A DNA stretch of 64,000 bases, taken from positions 4,672,001 through 4,736,000 of the forward strand of contig OZ244653.1 in assembly GCA_965218795.1 (NCBI GenBank), written 5' to 3'. The stretch's first letter is position 1. Every line of letters starts with the position of its first letter. Source of the DNA: a bacterium (GTDB lineage: Bacteria; UBA8248; JACPRG01; G963555815). The position numbers and the translations under genes were made by a program. This document shows, in pieces, positions 30,870-40,970 of this stretch. Below the pieces are notes generated by a model. It did no database searches. It was given only the letters and a program-made list of their open reading frames with translations, and had not been told where the DNA came from.

Positions 30870-31820
30870 CTACGCCGAGCCTGACGGGGCGGCTTGCTTG
30901 TCGTGGAGCGATTCGATGTATTTCTCAGCCGCCACGGCCGCCGTGGTCGCGTCTCCCACGGCGGTGGTCAACTGACGGGCCACCTGCGTCCGAACGTCTC
31001 CAATGGCGTATATGCCCGGAATGTTTGTCACCATCGTCTCATCGGTCAGGTAATAGCCGTTTTCGTCCTTTTCCAGGTGGTCCCGCACCAGCCCGCTGTT
31101 GGGCGTGAATCCGATGAAAATGAAGACGCCGCCCACTTCCAATTCGCTGGATTCTCCGGTCTTGGCCTTCTTGAGTCGGATTGACTTCACTTCTTTTCCG
31201 TCGCCGACGATCTCCTCCACAACGGTATCCCAGATAAAATCAATCTTTTCTTCTTTGAAAGCCCGCTCCTGGATGATCTTCTGAGCGCGGAGCCGGTCCC
31301 GACGGTGGATAATCGGCACTTTGCTTCCGTACTTGGTGAGGAAAAGACCTTCTTCGACGGCCGCATCGCCGCCGCCGACGACGGCAATCACCTCATCCTG
31401 AAAGAAAGCGCCGTCACAGATCGCGCAGTAGGAGACGCCCTTTCCCCAATACTTTTTTTCTCCGGGGATCTCCAGATAGTTGGGACTTCCGCCGGCCGAG
31501 AGAATGACAACCTTCGACCGATATTCATTCTCATCTGTGCGCGTTATCCGGTCCTCACCGTCGCAATAAACTTCCAACACCTCTTCCATACGAATTTCGG
31601 CACCGAATTTCTTGCAATGCTCTTCCATCTTCTGGGCCAGCTCCGGCCCCATGATGTGTTCAAATCCAGGGTAATCCTCGACATCGCTGGTGTTGACGAT
31701 TTGCCCTCCCGGGATTCCTTTCTCGAGTACAACGGTCTTCAGCTTTGCCCGGCCGGAATACAGGCCCGCACAAAGTCCCGCCGGTCCCCCGCCTACAATG
31801 ACAACATCGAAAATTTCCAT
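30870..31820 (-). CDS. trxB: Thioredoxin-disulfide reductase
   Basis: 'GGGPAG', 'GVSYCAICDG', 'GGGDAA.EE', 'GD'. Confidence 0.95.
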   Translation of the reverse strand: MEIFDVVIVGGGPAGLCAGLYSGRAKLKTVVLEKGIPGGQIVNTSDVEDYPGFEHIMGPELAQKMEEHCKKFGAEIRMEEVLEVYCDGEDRITRTDENEYRSKVVILSAGGSPNYLEIPGEKKYWGKGVSYCAICDGAFFQDEVIAVVGGGDAAVEEGLFLTKYGSKVPIIHRRDRLRAQKIIQERAFKEEKIDFIWDTVVEEIVGDGKEVKSIRLKKAKTGESSELEVGGVFIFIGFTPNSGLVRDHLEKDENGYYLTDETMVTNIPGIYAIGDVRTQVARQLTTAVGDATTAAVAAEKYIESLHDKQAAPSGSA

Positions 31821-32062
31821 CTGGGCCCCTTATGAACTATCAACAGGTCTTGAAGAACATAAATCAAGCGGGTCACGAGAAGGGGTCGCGGATTCTCCCC
31901 CCGAACGGCGAACCCGAGATTCGGAGTGACCGAGCGGGCTTTGCCTCCCTATCCGTTGGCTGAATCCGAGAAATACCCGGAAATTCCGAATTTCGTTAAA
32001 TATATGGGGGTTCAGAAGGTCTGTCAACGGGCCGCCCGAAAGGCTCCAGGGGACTGATGAGG

Positions 32063-32896
32063 TCACAGTTTTCGATAGGTCTTTTGCAGGATCAGGGCGT
32101 CCTCTTCAAGAATAGGGCTTTCGCAAATCAGCAACCCGCCGGCTTTGAAGTCTTTCAAGGCCTTTAAGACCCCTTTGTAGTCAAAAGTCGTTTCCTTGAG
32201 AATGACATGATTTCGCTCTCCTTTTGGGCCGTATTCAATGCCCGAAAGGTGGATGTGCATGTCCTTCAGGGCCGTATTGCCAAGTTTAGTACGCACCAAT
32301 TCCAAGATTTCGCAAAATTCCTTGTAAGAATTGAATTGACCGGTATTTCGAGCATAGATATGGGAAAAGTCGATGCACGGCCTCACCCCTTTGACGTCTT
32401 TCGCCAGCCGCAGGGTTTCCCCCAACGAGCCGAATTGCGAGCCCTTCCCCGTGGTTTCCGGGTCAAGGCAGACGCCGACCTTTTCTTTTCTCAGTTGGGC
32501 GGTCAATTCTTTCAAGTGGTTCCGAACTTTTGGGTAAATCTCCTTGGATGTCGCTCCCATATAGAACGCCGGGTGAAATGCGACTCCCGTCGCCTGAAAA
32601 CAATGTCCTATCCGGGCGGAGTTCAGGATTCGCTCCCGGCTGGCCTCGATTTTCTCCGGCTCCGGGGAATTCAGATTGATCCAATAAGGGCCGTGGACCG
32701 AAAGCGCGACGTCGTTTTCCTTTGCTGCCTTTCCGACTTCGAAGGCCATCGCCTCCTTCATTCGGACGCCCTGAACGAACTCAACCTCCATGCAGTCAAG
32801 GCCCAGTTCCCGAATTCGGCGAACCCCGTCGATCGACCCCTTTTTACCCCCGACGCTCGATGGGATGCCGGCCGTACCGAATCGAAGCTCGCTCAT
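32063..32896 (-). CDS. nfo: Endonuclease IV-like AP endonuclease (TIM barrel)
   Basis: 'HGPYWINL', 'FHP', 'ETTGKGSQFG', 'DFSH', 'HIHLSGI', 'ESP'. Confidence 0.85.
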   Translation of the reverse strand: MSELRFGTAGIPSSVGGKKGSIDGVRRIRELGLDCMEVEFVQGVRMKEAMAFEVGKAAKENDVALSVHGPYWINLNSPEPEKIEASRERILNSARIGHCFQATGVAFHPAFYMGATSKEIYPKVRNHLKELTAQLRKEKVGVCLDPETTGKGSQFGSLGETLRLAKDVKGVRPCIDFSHIYARNTGQFNSYKEFCEILELVRTKLGNTALKDMHIHLSGIEYGPKGERNHVILKETTFDYKGVLKALKDFKAGGLLICESPILEEDALILQKTYRKL

Positions 32897-33528
32897 CGTT
32901 CCCCTTCGTCCTTTGCATCCATGGTTATCGGGCCGCCGGCTCGCAGCCATGGATGAAGCCTGCGCCACAGGATGTTTCTGCCTGACCCGTTGTCTGAGGA
33001 AAATGGAATCGGATCCCCCGCCCCCAGCGATAATTCTTTTTTCACCTGCGCCGCCGCGGCCGCCTGCTTCGATCTCGAGAGCTTGTCGGCCTTGGTCAAG
33101 ACGACCAAGGCGTCGATCTGTTTCGAGGTGAGCCAATGGAGGAGGTCCAGGTCCATCTCCATCACGCCTCGCCGAATGTCCAGAATAAGGACGACCCCCC
33201 GCAGCTCCTGCCGCCGCTCCAGGTAGGTTTCAATCATCTCTTTCCACGATCCCCGGACGCGGCGGGGCACCTTGGCGTACCCGTAACCCGGCAGATCCAC
33301 GAACCGGAACTCTGACTTTCCCGCCCGAATACGAAAGAAGTTGAGGGTCCGCGTTTTCCCCGGCGTCCCGCTGGTCTTGACCAGGCCCTTGCGCCCCAGA
33401 AGGGTATTCATCATCGAGGATTTCCCGACGTTGGAACGGCCGGCGAATGCGACCTCCGGGAAGGAGCCTCCGGGGTAATCCTTGAACCGAACCGCCGATT
33501 TCTCAAACTCCGCTTTCGTCACCTTCAA
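32893..33528 (-). CDS. yihA: Ribosome biogenesis GTPase YihA/YsxC (EngB)
   Basis: 'GRSNVGKSS', 'TPGKT', 'DLPGYGY', 'TKADK'. Confidence 0.95.
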   Translation of the reverse strand: MKVTKAEFEKSAVRFKDYPGGSFPEVAFAGRSNVGKSSMMNTLLGRKGLVKTSGTPGKTRTLNFFRIRAGKSEFRFVDLPGYGYAKVPRRVRGSWKEMIETYLERRQELRGVVLILDIRRGVMEMDLDLLHWLTSKQIDALVVLTKADKLSRSKQAAAAAQVKKELSLGAGDPIPFSSDNGSGRNILWRRLHPWLRAGGPITMDAKDEGER

Positions 33529-34319
33529 GGGGGGTTCCTCCCCGGCGGCTGGCTCTTGGAAAGAACCGCTTCGGCCAGTCGCGGCAGGATCTCTCCTGCC
33601 TGCCCCTTCAGGACGATATCGGCCTGATCATCCAGTGGGGTATCTTCCCGGTTGATGATGATGAGCCGGCACCCGCGGGATTTCGCCCTCGCCGGCAGAT
33701 TGGCCGCGGGTTGGACGACGAGGGAAGTTCCTACCACGAGGAAAGCATCGGCCTCTCCGGTCCACTTCATGGCTGATGCCATTCGGTCCGGCGGAATTCC
33801 TTCTCCAAAGAAGACCGCATCCGTCTTTTGAATTCCACCGCAGTCCGGGCAATGTGGGGGCAGCTCGCCCCCCGCCACCCGCTCGTTCACCGAATCCCGA
33901 CTTTCGCGGTTCCCGCAGTCAAGACACTTCACCCAGTGCGAGGTTCCGTGGATCTCGATGAGGTCAATATCCGGGTAGCCCGCTTTTTGGTGCATGCCGT
34001 CAGTGTTCTGCGTAATGACTCGACGAAGGATCCCGCCCCTGTGCAACTCCGCGAAGGCCCGATGCCCGGCGTGAGGGACCGCCTCTTTGTTTTGTCTGTA
34101 AGCCGGAGGGGTCATCTGCCAGTAGCGAATTCGCGATTCGATATCGTTCACATAATAGCGGTATGTGAAATCCCTTTGGTCCATTCGGGTCCAGATTCCT
34201 CCAGGGGAGCGAAAATCGGGGATTCCGGATTCCGTGCTCAGGCCTGCTCCGGTCATGGCGACAGCAGAGCGGCTCTCCGTCAAAATCCCTACAGCCTTTT
34301 GAAGCGGTTTTGTATCCAT
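33525..34319 (-). CDS. cobB: NAD-dependent deacylase (sirtuin)
   Basis: 'GAGLSTESGIPDFRS', 'TQNTDG.H', 'HG', CxxC..CxxC, 'GTSL.V.PA'. Confidence 0.93.
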   Translation of the reverse strand: MDTKPLQKAVGILTESRSAVAMTGAGLSTESGIPDFRSPGGIWTRMDQRDFTYRYYVNDIESRIRYWQMTPPAYRQNKEAVPHAGHRAFAELHRGGILRRVITQNTDGMHQKAGYPDIDLIEIHGTSHWVKCLDCGNRESRDSVNERVAGGELPPHCPDCGGIQKTDAVFFGEGIPPDRMASAMKWTGEADAFLVVGTSLVVQPAANLPARAKSRGCRLIIINREDTPLDDQADIVLKGQAGEILPRLAEAVLSKSQPPGRNPP

Positions 34320-34379
34320 ACCCCGTTCTATTGTTGAGAAATCACCCTACCCGGATGGGTCGGGGTTCCATCCCTTGCA

Positions 34380-35348
34380 TTACAAAAAGATCATCCCCAT
34401 GAGAACCAGATAGAGCACATACGCCGCAAGGATCGTACCGCCCTCAACCCGGCTGATACGACCTCCTCGCATTCCGAACGTCAGGAGCAATGCGATCAGG
34501 AGAACGGAGAAAGGGACGTCAAGCCCCCGTGTCTGTGGTACGACGGGCAAGGGGTGGGCGAGGGCGCTCGCACCAACGACCCAGAAAATATTCAAGACGT
34601 TGGCTCCCAGAATGTTTCCCAGACTGAGGTCGACATGTCCCCGGATTGAGGTTGCGACGGCGAACGTAATCTCCGGGAGAGATGTGCCGATGGCAACAAT
34701 GGTCAACCCGATGATGAGATCCGAGACCCCTGCGTGCCGTGCGATTTGAGCCCCATTTTGAACAAGGAAAATGCATCCCACGCCGACGCAAACGGCTCCG
34801 ACGATGAACCACGAGATCGGGTGGACCCAATTCTTCGCGATGATCTCAAGGGCGGATTCATCCAATTCGTTTTCCGATGACGACTGCCGCCAGCTGAGAT
34901 AAAGAAACGCGAAGAAAGCGAGTGTAAAGAGCACGCCATGGGCGCGCCCAATCGTCTGACCGAAGGTCGCACCTGTCATCGCGAGCGCCGCGGCCAAGGC
35001 ATAGAGCCCTTGAAACCGAAAAATCTTTTTTGGAACGGGGTAGGCCCTGAGCAGTGCGGTCATTCCGACAATCAACCCGATGTTGCAAAGGTAGGAGCCC
35101 ACCGCGTTTCCGACCGCCATCAGAGGTTTGGCCAAAAGCGCCGCGCTGAATGAAGTTACGAATTCAGGAAAGGTGGTGGCAAGGCTTACAATTGTGGCCC
35201 CCACCACCACCTTGGGGATATTGGCTGCCTCGGCGATGAAAACGGCTCCGGATTCGAACTTCCCGGCCCCCCATACCACCAATGCGGCACCCAGAGTAAA
35301 AAAGATGCTGTTCGCAGGCAGGCTCAGGCTCGCAAAGTAGGATTCCAA
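34380..35348 (-). CDS. Calcium/sodium antiporter (YrbG family)
   Basis: Two alpha repeats, 'ATTFPE...GNAVGS' and 'GTSLPE...GNILGAN'. Confidence 0.9.
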   Translation of the reverse strand: MESYFASLSLPANSIFFTLGAALVVWGAGKFESGAVFIAEAANIPKVVVGATIVSLATTFPEFVTSFSAALLAKPLMAVGNAVGSYLCNIGLIVGMTALLRAYPVPKKIFRFQGLYALAAALAMTGATFGQTIGRAHGVLFTLAFFAFLYLSWRQSSSENELDESALEIIAKNWVHPISWFIVGAVCVGVGCIFLVQNGAQIARHAGVSDLIIGLTIVAIGTSLPEITFAVATSIRGHVDLSLGNILGANVLNIFWVVGASALAHPLPVVPQTRGLDVPFSVLLIALLLTFGMRGGRISRVEGGTILAAYVLYLVLMGMIFL

Positions 35349-35438
35349 CGGACAGTCCTCGGACTCGATCCTCTCCGCATTCGTCGCGGATCCCCTCTCA
35401 TGCGGTGGAGGCTCGGCCCTTTCAGGGTGTGATTCAAT

Positions 35439-36140
35439 TCATCGGGGCGCAATCAGGACGACAAACTCTCCCTTGGGTTTCTTCGCAGCGAGTGCTTCAG
35501 CAATTTCTCCAGGCGTTCCGCGAATCTTCTCTTCGTGAATTTTCGTCAGCTCGCGAATGACAACGACCTGTCGCTCACCCATGATTTCTTGGAGTTCGCG
35601 GAGAAGCTTGACAATCCGATGGGGAGATTCGTACAAGATAACCGTGCGCGATTCTTCCCCAAGGACTTCGAGCCGCCGGAGCCGGCGGCCCGCCTTGACG
35701 GGCAGAAAACCCTCGAAGGTAAACCGATCCGTCGGAAGCCCGCTGCACGACAGAGCGGCCGTCACGGCCGAAGGGCCGGGGATTGGTACGACGGGAAGAT
35801 CTCCCTCAATCGCGCGTTTCACCAGATAATACCCCGGGTCGGAAATACCGGGAGTTCCGGAATCCGTCACCAGTGCCACGCTCTCTCCCTCCCGCAACCG
35901 CTGAAGCAGAGAAGGTGTCCGTGCTTCTTTATTGTGGTCGTGAAAGCTTTCGAGTCGTTTCCCGGTAATTCCATGCCGAGAGAGCAGCTTCCTGGTGTGT
36001 CGCGTGTCCTCCGCCGCAATGAGGTCTGCGGATTCCAGAGTTCTCAATGCCCGCAGGGTAATGTCTTCCAGATTTCCGATAGGGGTCGCGACGACAAACA
36101 GCTCCCCGGTGCAATTTCCTTTTCCCTGTAGAGCGATCAT
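35439..36140 (-). CDS. rsmI: 16S rRNA C1402 2'-O-methyltransferase
   Basis: 'VATPIGNLEDIT.RA', 'AEDTR', 'DSGTPGISDPG', 'YESPHR', 'RELTK.HE'. Confidence 0.95.
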   Translation of the reverse strand: MIALQGKGNCTGELFVVATPIGNLEDITLRALRTLESADLIAAEDTRHTRKLLSRHGITGKRLESFHDHNKEARTPSLLQRLREGESVALVTDSGTPGISDPGYYLVKRAIEGDLPVVPIPGPSAVTAALSCSGLPTDRFTFEGFLPVKAGRRLRRLEVLGEESRTVILYESPHRIVKLLRELQEIMGERQVVVIRELTKIHEEKIRGTPGEIAEALAAKKPKGEFVVLIAPR

Positions 36141-36308
36141 CCGGACATTCTAAGCGACGAACCGGCCTGTCGACGAGAGCTTCCGCAATGCAGGGAGAAT
36201 TCCGCGGTTGTTTCTCATCTCAAGAGAATACTATGATGTTGAGGTATCATTTGCTATTACAAGGCCTGGGGTGGAAAAGAGGAATCCCTTCGCTGGGAAC
36301 TTCAGATC

Positions 36309-37373
36309 ATGAAAGTTTATGAGCGGCTGATTCGGCCCGCGTTGTTTACGCTCCCCGCGGAAAGGGCTCATGAATTTGCGAAACGCGCCCTCGGAATCGA
36401 AGCCCCTTGGCGACGGCTGGCGGGACGGTTTGAATCCCGCGATCTTCGTCTGGAGACCGAAGTGGCCGGCCTCCGCCAGTCCAGTCCCATTGGCCTGACC
36501 GCGGGATTGGATAAAGACGCCGAGGCATTGCCGGGCCTCTTCCATCTGGGTTTTGGCAGTCTCACCATCGGAACGATGATGCCTCGGGTCAGGAAAGGGA
36601 ACCCCAGACCCCGCATTGTGCGTCTTCCGGATCGGATGGCCGTCATCGATCATATGGGCCTGCCGTCCAAGGGAATCGCGTACGGAGTGGGCCGGTTGAA
36701 ATCATTCCGTGCCCGTCACCCAATCGGTCAGGGACCCCCGGTCATCGTCAGCGTGGGCGGACTCACCATCGATGAAGTCCTGGCGTCCCATCAGGCCGTC
36801 GAGCCGTTGTCAGACGCTGTCGAGTTTGATCTCACCTGCCCAAACGTCACTGAACGGGGAGATTTCGAGACCCTCGAGGGAATGAAGCGATTTGTGGAGC
36901 GACTTGTCGAGGTGCGGAGCAAGCCGTGTTTTTTCCGATTGCCCCTTCGACTCTCGGACGATCACTGGCGCAAGGGCCTTGCCATCACCGAGATCGCTGT
37001 GGAATATGGGGTCGAGGGGGTCACGCCGGCCGGTGGGATTGCCATTGATGATAGCCGGTTGGCGCTGAAAAAGGGCGCATTGGCGGGAAAGCCTCTACTG
37101 GAGAACTCTCTTCAAATCCTGCGGGATTTAAGAAGCGCGTTTGGTCAGGACATTGTGATTCGCATCGCGGGAGGGGCGACGGATGGCAACGCTGTCTTTC
37201 GGATGCTGGAAGCGGGAGCGGACGCCGTGAATGTCTTGACGGCTTTCATCTACCGAGGTCCCGGCGCCGCGGGGGCCATGAATCGGGAGTTGAGTGAAAT
37301 CATGGACGCGGAGGGGGTGGGATCCGTCGGAGAGATTCGCTCCCGGGCGGCCGCCGTCGCGTCCGGCGCTTAG
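36309..37373 (+). CDS. Dihydroorotate dehydrogenase-like FMN enzyme, paralog 1 (divergent active site)
   Basis: Class-2-type N-terminus 'RP.LF.L.AE.AH', 'AGLDKD', 'GNPRPRI.RL', and 'DLTCPNV'. Confidence 0.8.
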   Translation: MKVYERLIRPALFTLPAERAHEFAKRALGIEAPWRRLAGRFESRDLRLETEVAGLRQSSPIGLTAGLDKDAEALPGLFHLGFGSLTIGTMMPRVRKGNPRPRIVRLPDRMAVIDHMGLPSKGIAYGVGRLKSFRARHPIGQGPPVIVSVGGLTIDEVLASHQAVEPLSDAVEFDLTCPNVTERGDFETLEGMKRFVERLVEVRSKPCFFRLPLRLSDDHWRKGLAITEIAVEYGVEGVTPAGGIAIDDSRLALKKGALAGKPLLENSLQILRDLRSAFGQDIVIRIAGGATDGNAVFRMLEAGADAVNVLTAFIYRGPGAAGAMNRELSEIMDAEGVGSVGEIRSRAAAVASGA

Positions 37374-37422
37374 AGTTCGTATCCGCCCGTCTTATTCGTT
37401 CGAAAATGAGAGACCGCTGCTC

Positions 37423-38490
37423 GTGAGTCTTTACACTCGGGCGATCCGTCCTGTCCTTTTTACCCTGCCCGCTGAAAGCGCCCATCATCTGGCCAAGCGC
37501 GCGCTTTCCATCGAGTTCCCTTGGCGCATATTCGGTCAACAGTATCAGGTCCTCGATCCACGGCTGGAATGCGAGGTTGCGGGACTCCATCAACGCAGTC
37601 CGTTCGGTCTCACGGCAGGATTCGACAAGGATGCATTGGCTCTTCCCGGACTTTCTCATCTCGGGTTCGGGAGCATCACCGTGGGAGCCATTATGCCGAG
37701 ATTCAGGGAGGGGAATCCGAAACCGCGTTTGGCCCGACGTCCCGCGGATGGCGCGTTGGTCAATTGCATGGGGCTTCCCTCCAAGGGTCTCGACTATGCC
37801 GTTCGCAACCTCCGGCGCTACCGCGCGGTTCATTCCGTTGGCGGCCCGCCGATCATTGCCAACGTCGGCGGGTTCTCCAAAGAGGAAATTCTGTCCACCT
37901 TCAGAGCGAGCGAGCCTTACGTGGACGCTGTCGAGCTGGACCTGACCTGCCCAAATGTGAAGGTGGAAGGGGAAATGGCGAAGATGGACGGCATTCGATC
38001 CGCTATGGACCAGGTCATGGCCGAGCGGACCAAGCCGATTTTCACCAAACTTCCTCTACGTTCCACCGATGAGGACTGGCGGAGGGCGATTGAGATGACC
38101 CATGCCGCGGCTGAAGCGGGACTGGACGGCATTACAGCGGCGGGGAACCTCCGCGTCGAGGACCGGCGGCTTTCGAAGCCTCAGGTATCGTTGACCGGTC
38201 GGCCGTGCTTTGAAAACACGTTGGACATCGTCCGGGAGTTGCGGGCGGCCGCTGGCGAGCGGCTGGCGATTCGGATGGCCGGCGGGGTATCTACGGGCGA
38301 GGATGTCTTTCGCCTGCTTCAGGCCGGCGCGGATGCGGCGAACGTGTTCACGTCTTTTGTGTATCAGGGACCATCGATTGCCGCGCGCGTCAACCATCAA
38401 TTACTCGCGAAGATGGATCAGGAAGGTGTTGGGTCTGTCCACGAGTTGAAAGGACGCCGGTCTCAATCCACAGCGGCTGTATCCGGGTGA
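37423..38490 (+). CDS. Dihydroorotate dehydrogenase-like FMN enzyme, paralog 2
   Basis: Same architecture as paralog 1: 'AGFDKD', 'GNPKPRL', 'NCMGLPS', 'DLTCPNV'. GTG start aligns with paralog 1. Confidence 0.8.
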   Translation: MSLYTRAIRPVLFTLPAESAHHLAKRALSIEFPWRIFGQQYQVLDPRLECEVAGLHQRSPFGLTAGFDKDALALPGLSHLGFGSITVGAIMPRFREGNPKPRLARRPADGALVNCMGLPSKGLDYAVRNLRRYRAVHSVGGPPIIANVGGFSKEEILSTFRASEPYVDAVELDLTCPNVKVEGEMAKMDGIRSAMDQVMAERTKPIFTKLPLRSTDEDWRRAIEMTHAAAEAGLDGITAAGNLRVEDRRLSKPQVSLTGRPCFENTLDIVRELRAAAGERLAIRMAGGVSTGEDVFRLLQAGADAANVFTSFVYQGPSIAARVNHQLLAKMDQEGVGSVHELKGRRSQSTAAVSG

Positions 38491-38590
38491 CGTCCGATCC
38501 CCGCATTTTGATTCCGAAATCATTGAATCTCGAATTTCCTGATTCTTCTGCCTGGGAAAATCCCCTATCAATCTTCGATGAACGCGTTCG

Positions 38591-39325
38591 ATGAATAGAG
38601 ATTTCCTCCAAATCCTGCTTCGATTCTTTCAAGATGTTTCCCCGTTATCTCTCGCCAGATGCTATCCGAAAGGATTGAAAAGAGAGGATGCGGAATTCCT
38701 GCAAAGGCTGGACTTCAAGGGACGTACCGTCTATGACGTCGGAGCCTACAAGGGCTATTACAGTTTATTTTTCGCCCGGGCGGTGGGGTCTCGGGGGCGA
38801 GTGATATCGTTCGAGCCCCATCCCGAAAACTTTCGAAAATTGACGAAGAGGACCAAGTGGAATCTGCTTGACAATGTCGAACTGCGGCAGGTTGCCATAG
38901 GAAAGGAAAGCGGGAGGGGAAATTTGGCTTTTCGGGCCTCCGGTACGGGGACCTCGAGCCTTCAGGAAGGGTTGAGCGCGGATATTTCCCAGGAAGTCGA
39001 CAGCCAGACGGTTCTTGTCGATATGGACTCCCTGGACCACTTGGTATCCGCCTACAGATTGCCGCAACCGGATTTCATCAAGATTGATGTCGAGGGTCTC
39101 GAGATGGAGGCTCTTTCAGGCATGGAAGATACATTGGAGAAGTTCAGGCCGGAACTGCTCATCGAGATTCACGGCGCGGACCTGAAAAGCAGGCTGAGGA
39201 ATGCGGAAGAAGTCGTCGGATTTTTGATCCGTAAGAAATATTCTCTTCATCACGTCGAATCCAATTCGGAAATCACCATCGACAATTTTGAAATTGCAAA
39301 GGAGGGGCATTTGTATTGCTCTTAG
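38591..39325 (+). CDS. FkbM-family methyltransferase
   Basis: 'YDVGAYKG', 'FEP.P.N', 'KIDVEG.E', 'IEIH'. Confidence 0.88.
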   Translation: MNRDFLQILLRFFQDVSPLSLARCYPKGLKREDAEFLQRLDFKGRTVYDVGAYKGYYSLFFARAVGSRGRVISFEPHPENFRKLTKRTKWNLLDNVELRQVAIGKESGRGNLAFRASGTGTSSLQEGLSADISQEVDSQTVLVDMDSLDHLVSAYRLPQPDFIKIDVEGLEMEALSGMEDTLEKFRPELLIEIHGADLKSRLRNAEEVVGFLIRKKYSLHHVESNSEITIDNFEIAKEGHLYCS

Positions 39326-39391
39326 GTTTCAGGGTTCGGATTCCTTCGTCGGCCGGGGGGAACGTTTGGCGATTGAGTTGAAGGTGCATGC

Positions 39392-39424
39392 AAAAAGGGA
39401 GACCCATCTCCGGGCCTCCCTCTT
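39392..39424 (-). terminator. Intrinsic terminator
   Basis: Minus strand reads AGGGAGGCCC-GGAGAT-GGGTCTCCCT followed by a T run, 20 bp after the solute-binding protein stop and between convergent genes. Confidence 0.65.
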
Positions 39425-39444
39425 CTGGAATCATTTTTCAGGTT

Positions 39445-40327
39445 TCAGACCGAAACGCGGACGGTGATTTTCTCGTAGTCCTTTTCCTTCATCTCATCCC
39501 GAAGGCCCCAGGACTCAAGCCAGGCATGGGTCTCTTCATAGAACCCCTTGTCGTACGGCTCGAAGACCAGGAGTTCGCCGAGAGAAAACTTCGAGTAATC
39601 GTAACCTCCCCTCAAATGGGGGGGAATGTTTTTCTCCCACAGCGGCAAGCAGGACGAAGGATTGGCGCGCAGTTCTGCGTCGGCCCTCTGTAGCACCTGA
39701 AAATAGGCGTTCATAACGTTTACGTCCAGGGCGTCACTGACCCAAAACAGCGTTCGGAATTGCCCCTGGGCCAGACGGCGCATTCCCTTCTGTTCGGCCA
39801 TGCTGACTTCGGGGTCCAGGAGGTTGACCGCGTTGATCTCCCCGGATTCCAATGCCTCGAGCCGCTTTCCCGGTCCGCCCAGGTTGAGGATGATGATTTT
39901 GTCCCGAGGGTGAATCATCTCCATCGCTTTCAGAGCCGTGAAGTGGCTCCCCGCCCGGATGCCGACCCCGATGGGAACGCCCCCGAGATCGAGAAGCGAG
40001 CGATAAGGAGAATCCGGACGGACGAAAACGGAGTAGTTGGCCACCCCGTAGAGATCCGGCACGAACTTTCCCATTCCGGCCCCCGCATTGCTCGTCGATC
40101 CCCAGTGGCAGGCGGAATTGACGACTGAGATCCCTTCCATGAACGGACGGTCCTGCGGGCGGTCGTAATAGGCTTTCCCGTCGTGCGTGCTGACGTCATG
40201 CAGCACGCCTTCCAGGTGCTCCGGTTCCAATCCCTCCTCCTGCGTAGGTACCGTTCCGAAGCGCAACCCATTCATGAAGCCGCATGAAATGAGGGACGAC
40301 TTTGATAACCGTCAATTCTGATGCCAT
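39445..40327 (-). pseudogene. NMT1/SsuA-like solute-binding protein with a +1 frameshift at ~40243 (real or sequencing error)
   Basis: N-terminal 'PHFMRLHEWVA...Y' after a GGGAG RBS continues as 'QEEGLE...ACHW...VG..AGSHF' in another frame. Confidence 0.7.
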
Positions 40328-40426
40328 GGTGGTCTCTCCCACCTTGCAAGAAACTCTTTCTTCTAATGGGTTCAATTCGACCGCGGACAAAAAATTCCCC
40401 TTGCTGCCGGACCGCGCGGGTCCGGT

Positions 40427-40921
40427 TCAGCCCGGAGGCGTGGAGGGCGCCGCGAGGTCCCAATCCTGCCAGGCCTTGAACACCTCTTCGGCCCTTTCTT
40501 CCAAAATGCCCCGAATAACCTGAATGTCCAAACCGCTCAGCTCTACCACTCGCTCAATGGTGTAATCTCTCAGGTCATATCGCCCGTTGGAGTGCCTCCG
40601 GAGAGCTTCGGGACCGGCGCCAATGACTACTGTACCGATGCCGGAATAAAGGGCGGCTCCGGCGCACATCGGACAGGGATCGCAGTTGGCGTACATGACG
40701 CAGCCCCGCATGTCGCCCTTGCCCAGATGCTGCGCTGCTTCACGGATGGCGTTCATCTCGGCATGGGCGGTCGGATCCTTCATGGCAATCCCTGTGCTCC
40801 TTCCCTTGCCGATGACCTGCCCGTCCTTCACAATGATGCCCCCGTAGGGCAGGAATCCCGCCCGGACGCCGTCCTCCGCCTCCTGAATGGCCATGGCCAT
40901 GAATTTTTCGTGGTCCGCCAA
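40427..40921 (-). CDS. Zinc-dependent nucleoside/nucleobase deaminase (CDA/TadA/GuaD fold), copy D
   Basis: 'PYG', 'DPTAHAE', 'DPCPMC'. Confidence 0.9.
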   Translation of the reverse strand: MADHEKFMAMAIQEAEDGVRAGFLPYGGIIVKDGQVIGKGRSTGIAMKDPTAHAEMNAIREAAQHLGKGDMRGCVMYANCDPCPMCAGAALYSGIGTVVIGAGPEALRRHSNGRYDLRDYTIERVVELSGLDIQVIRGILEERAEEVFKAWQDWDLAAPSTPPG

Positions 40922-40970
40922 GAGCTTTCGTTCTCCAGGTCTTATGCTCTCATCTGATGAGCGTGGAGGG

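Noticed and set aside
36309-38490. Assigning the symbol pyrD
   Set aside because: Substrate-binding motifs are altered and no pyr genes are adjacent.
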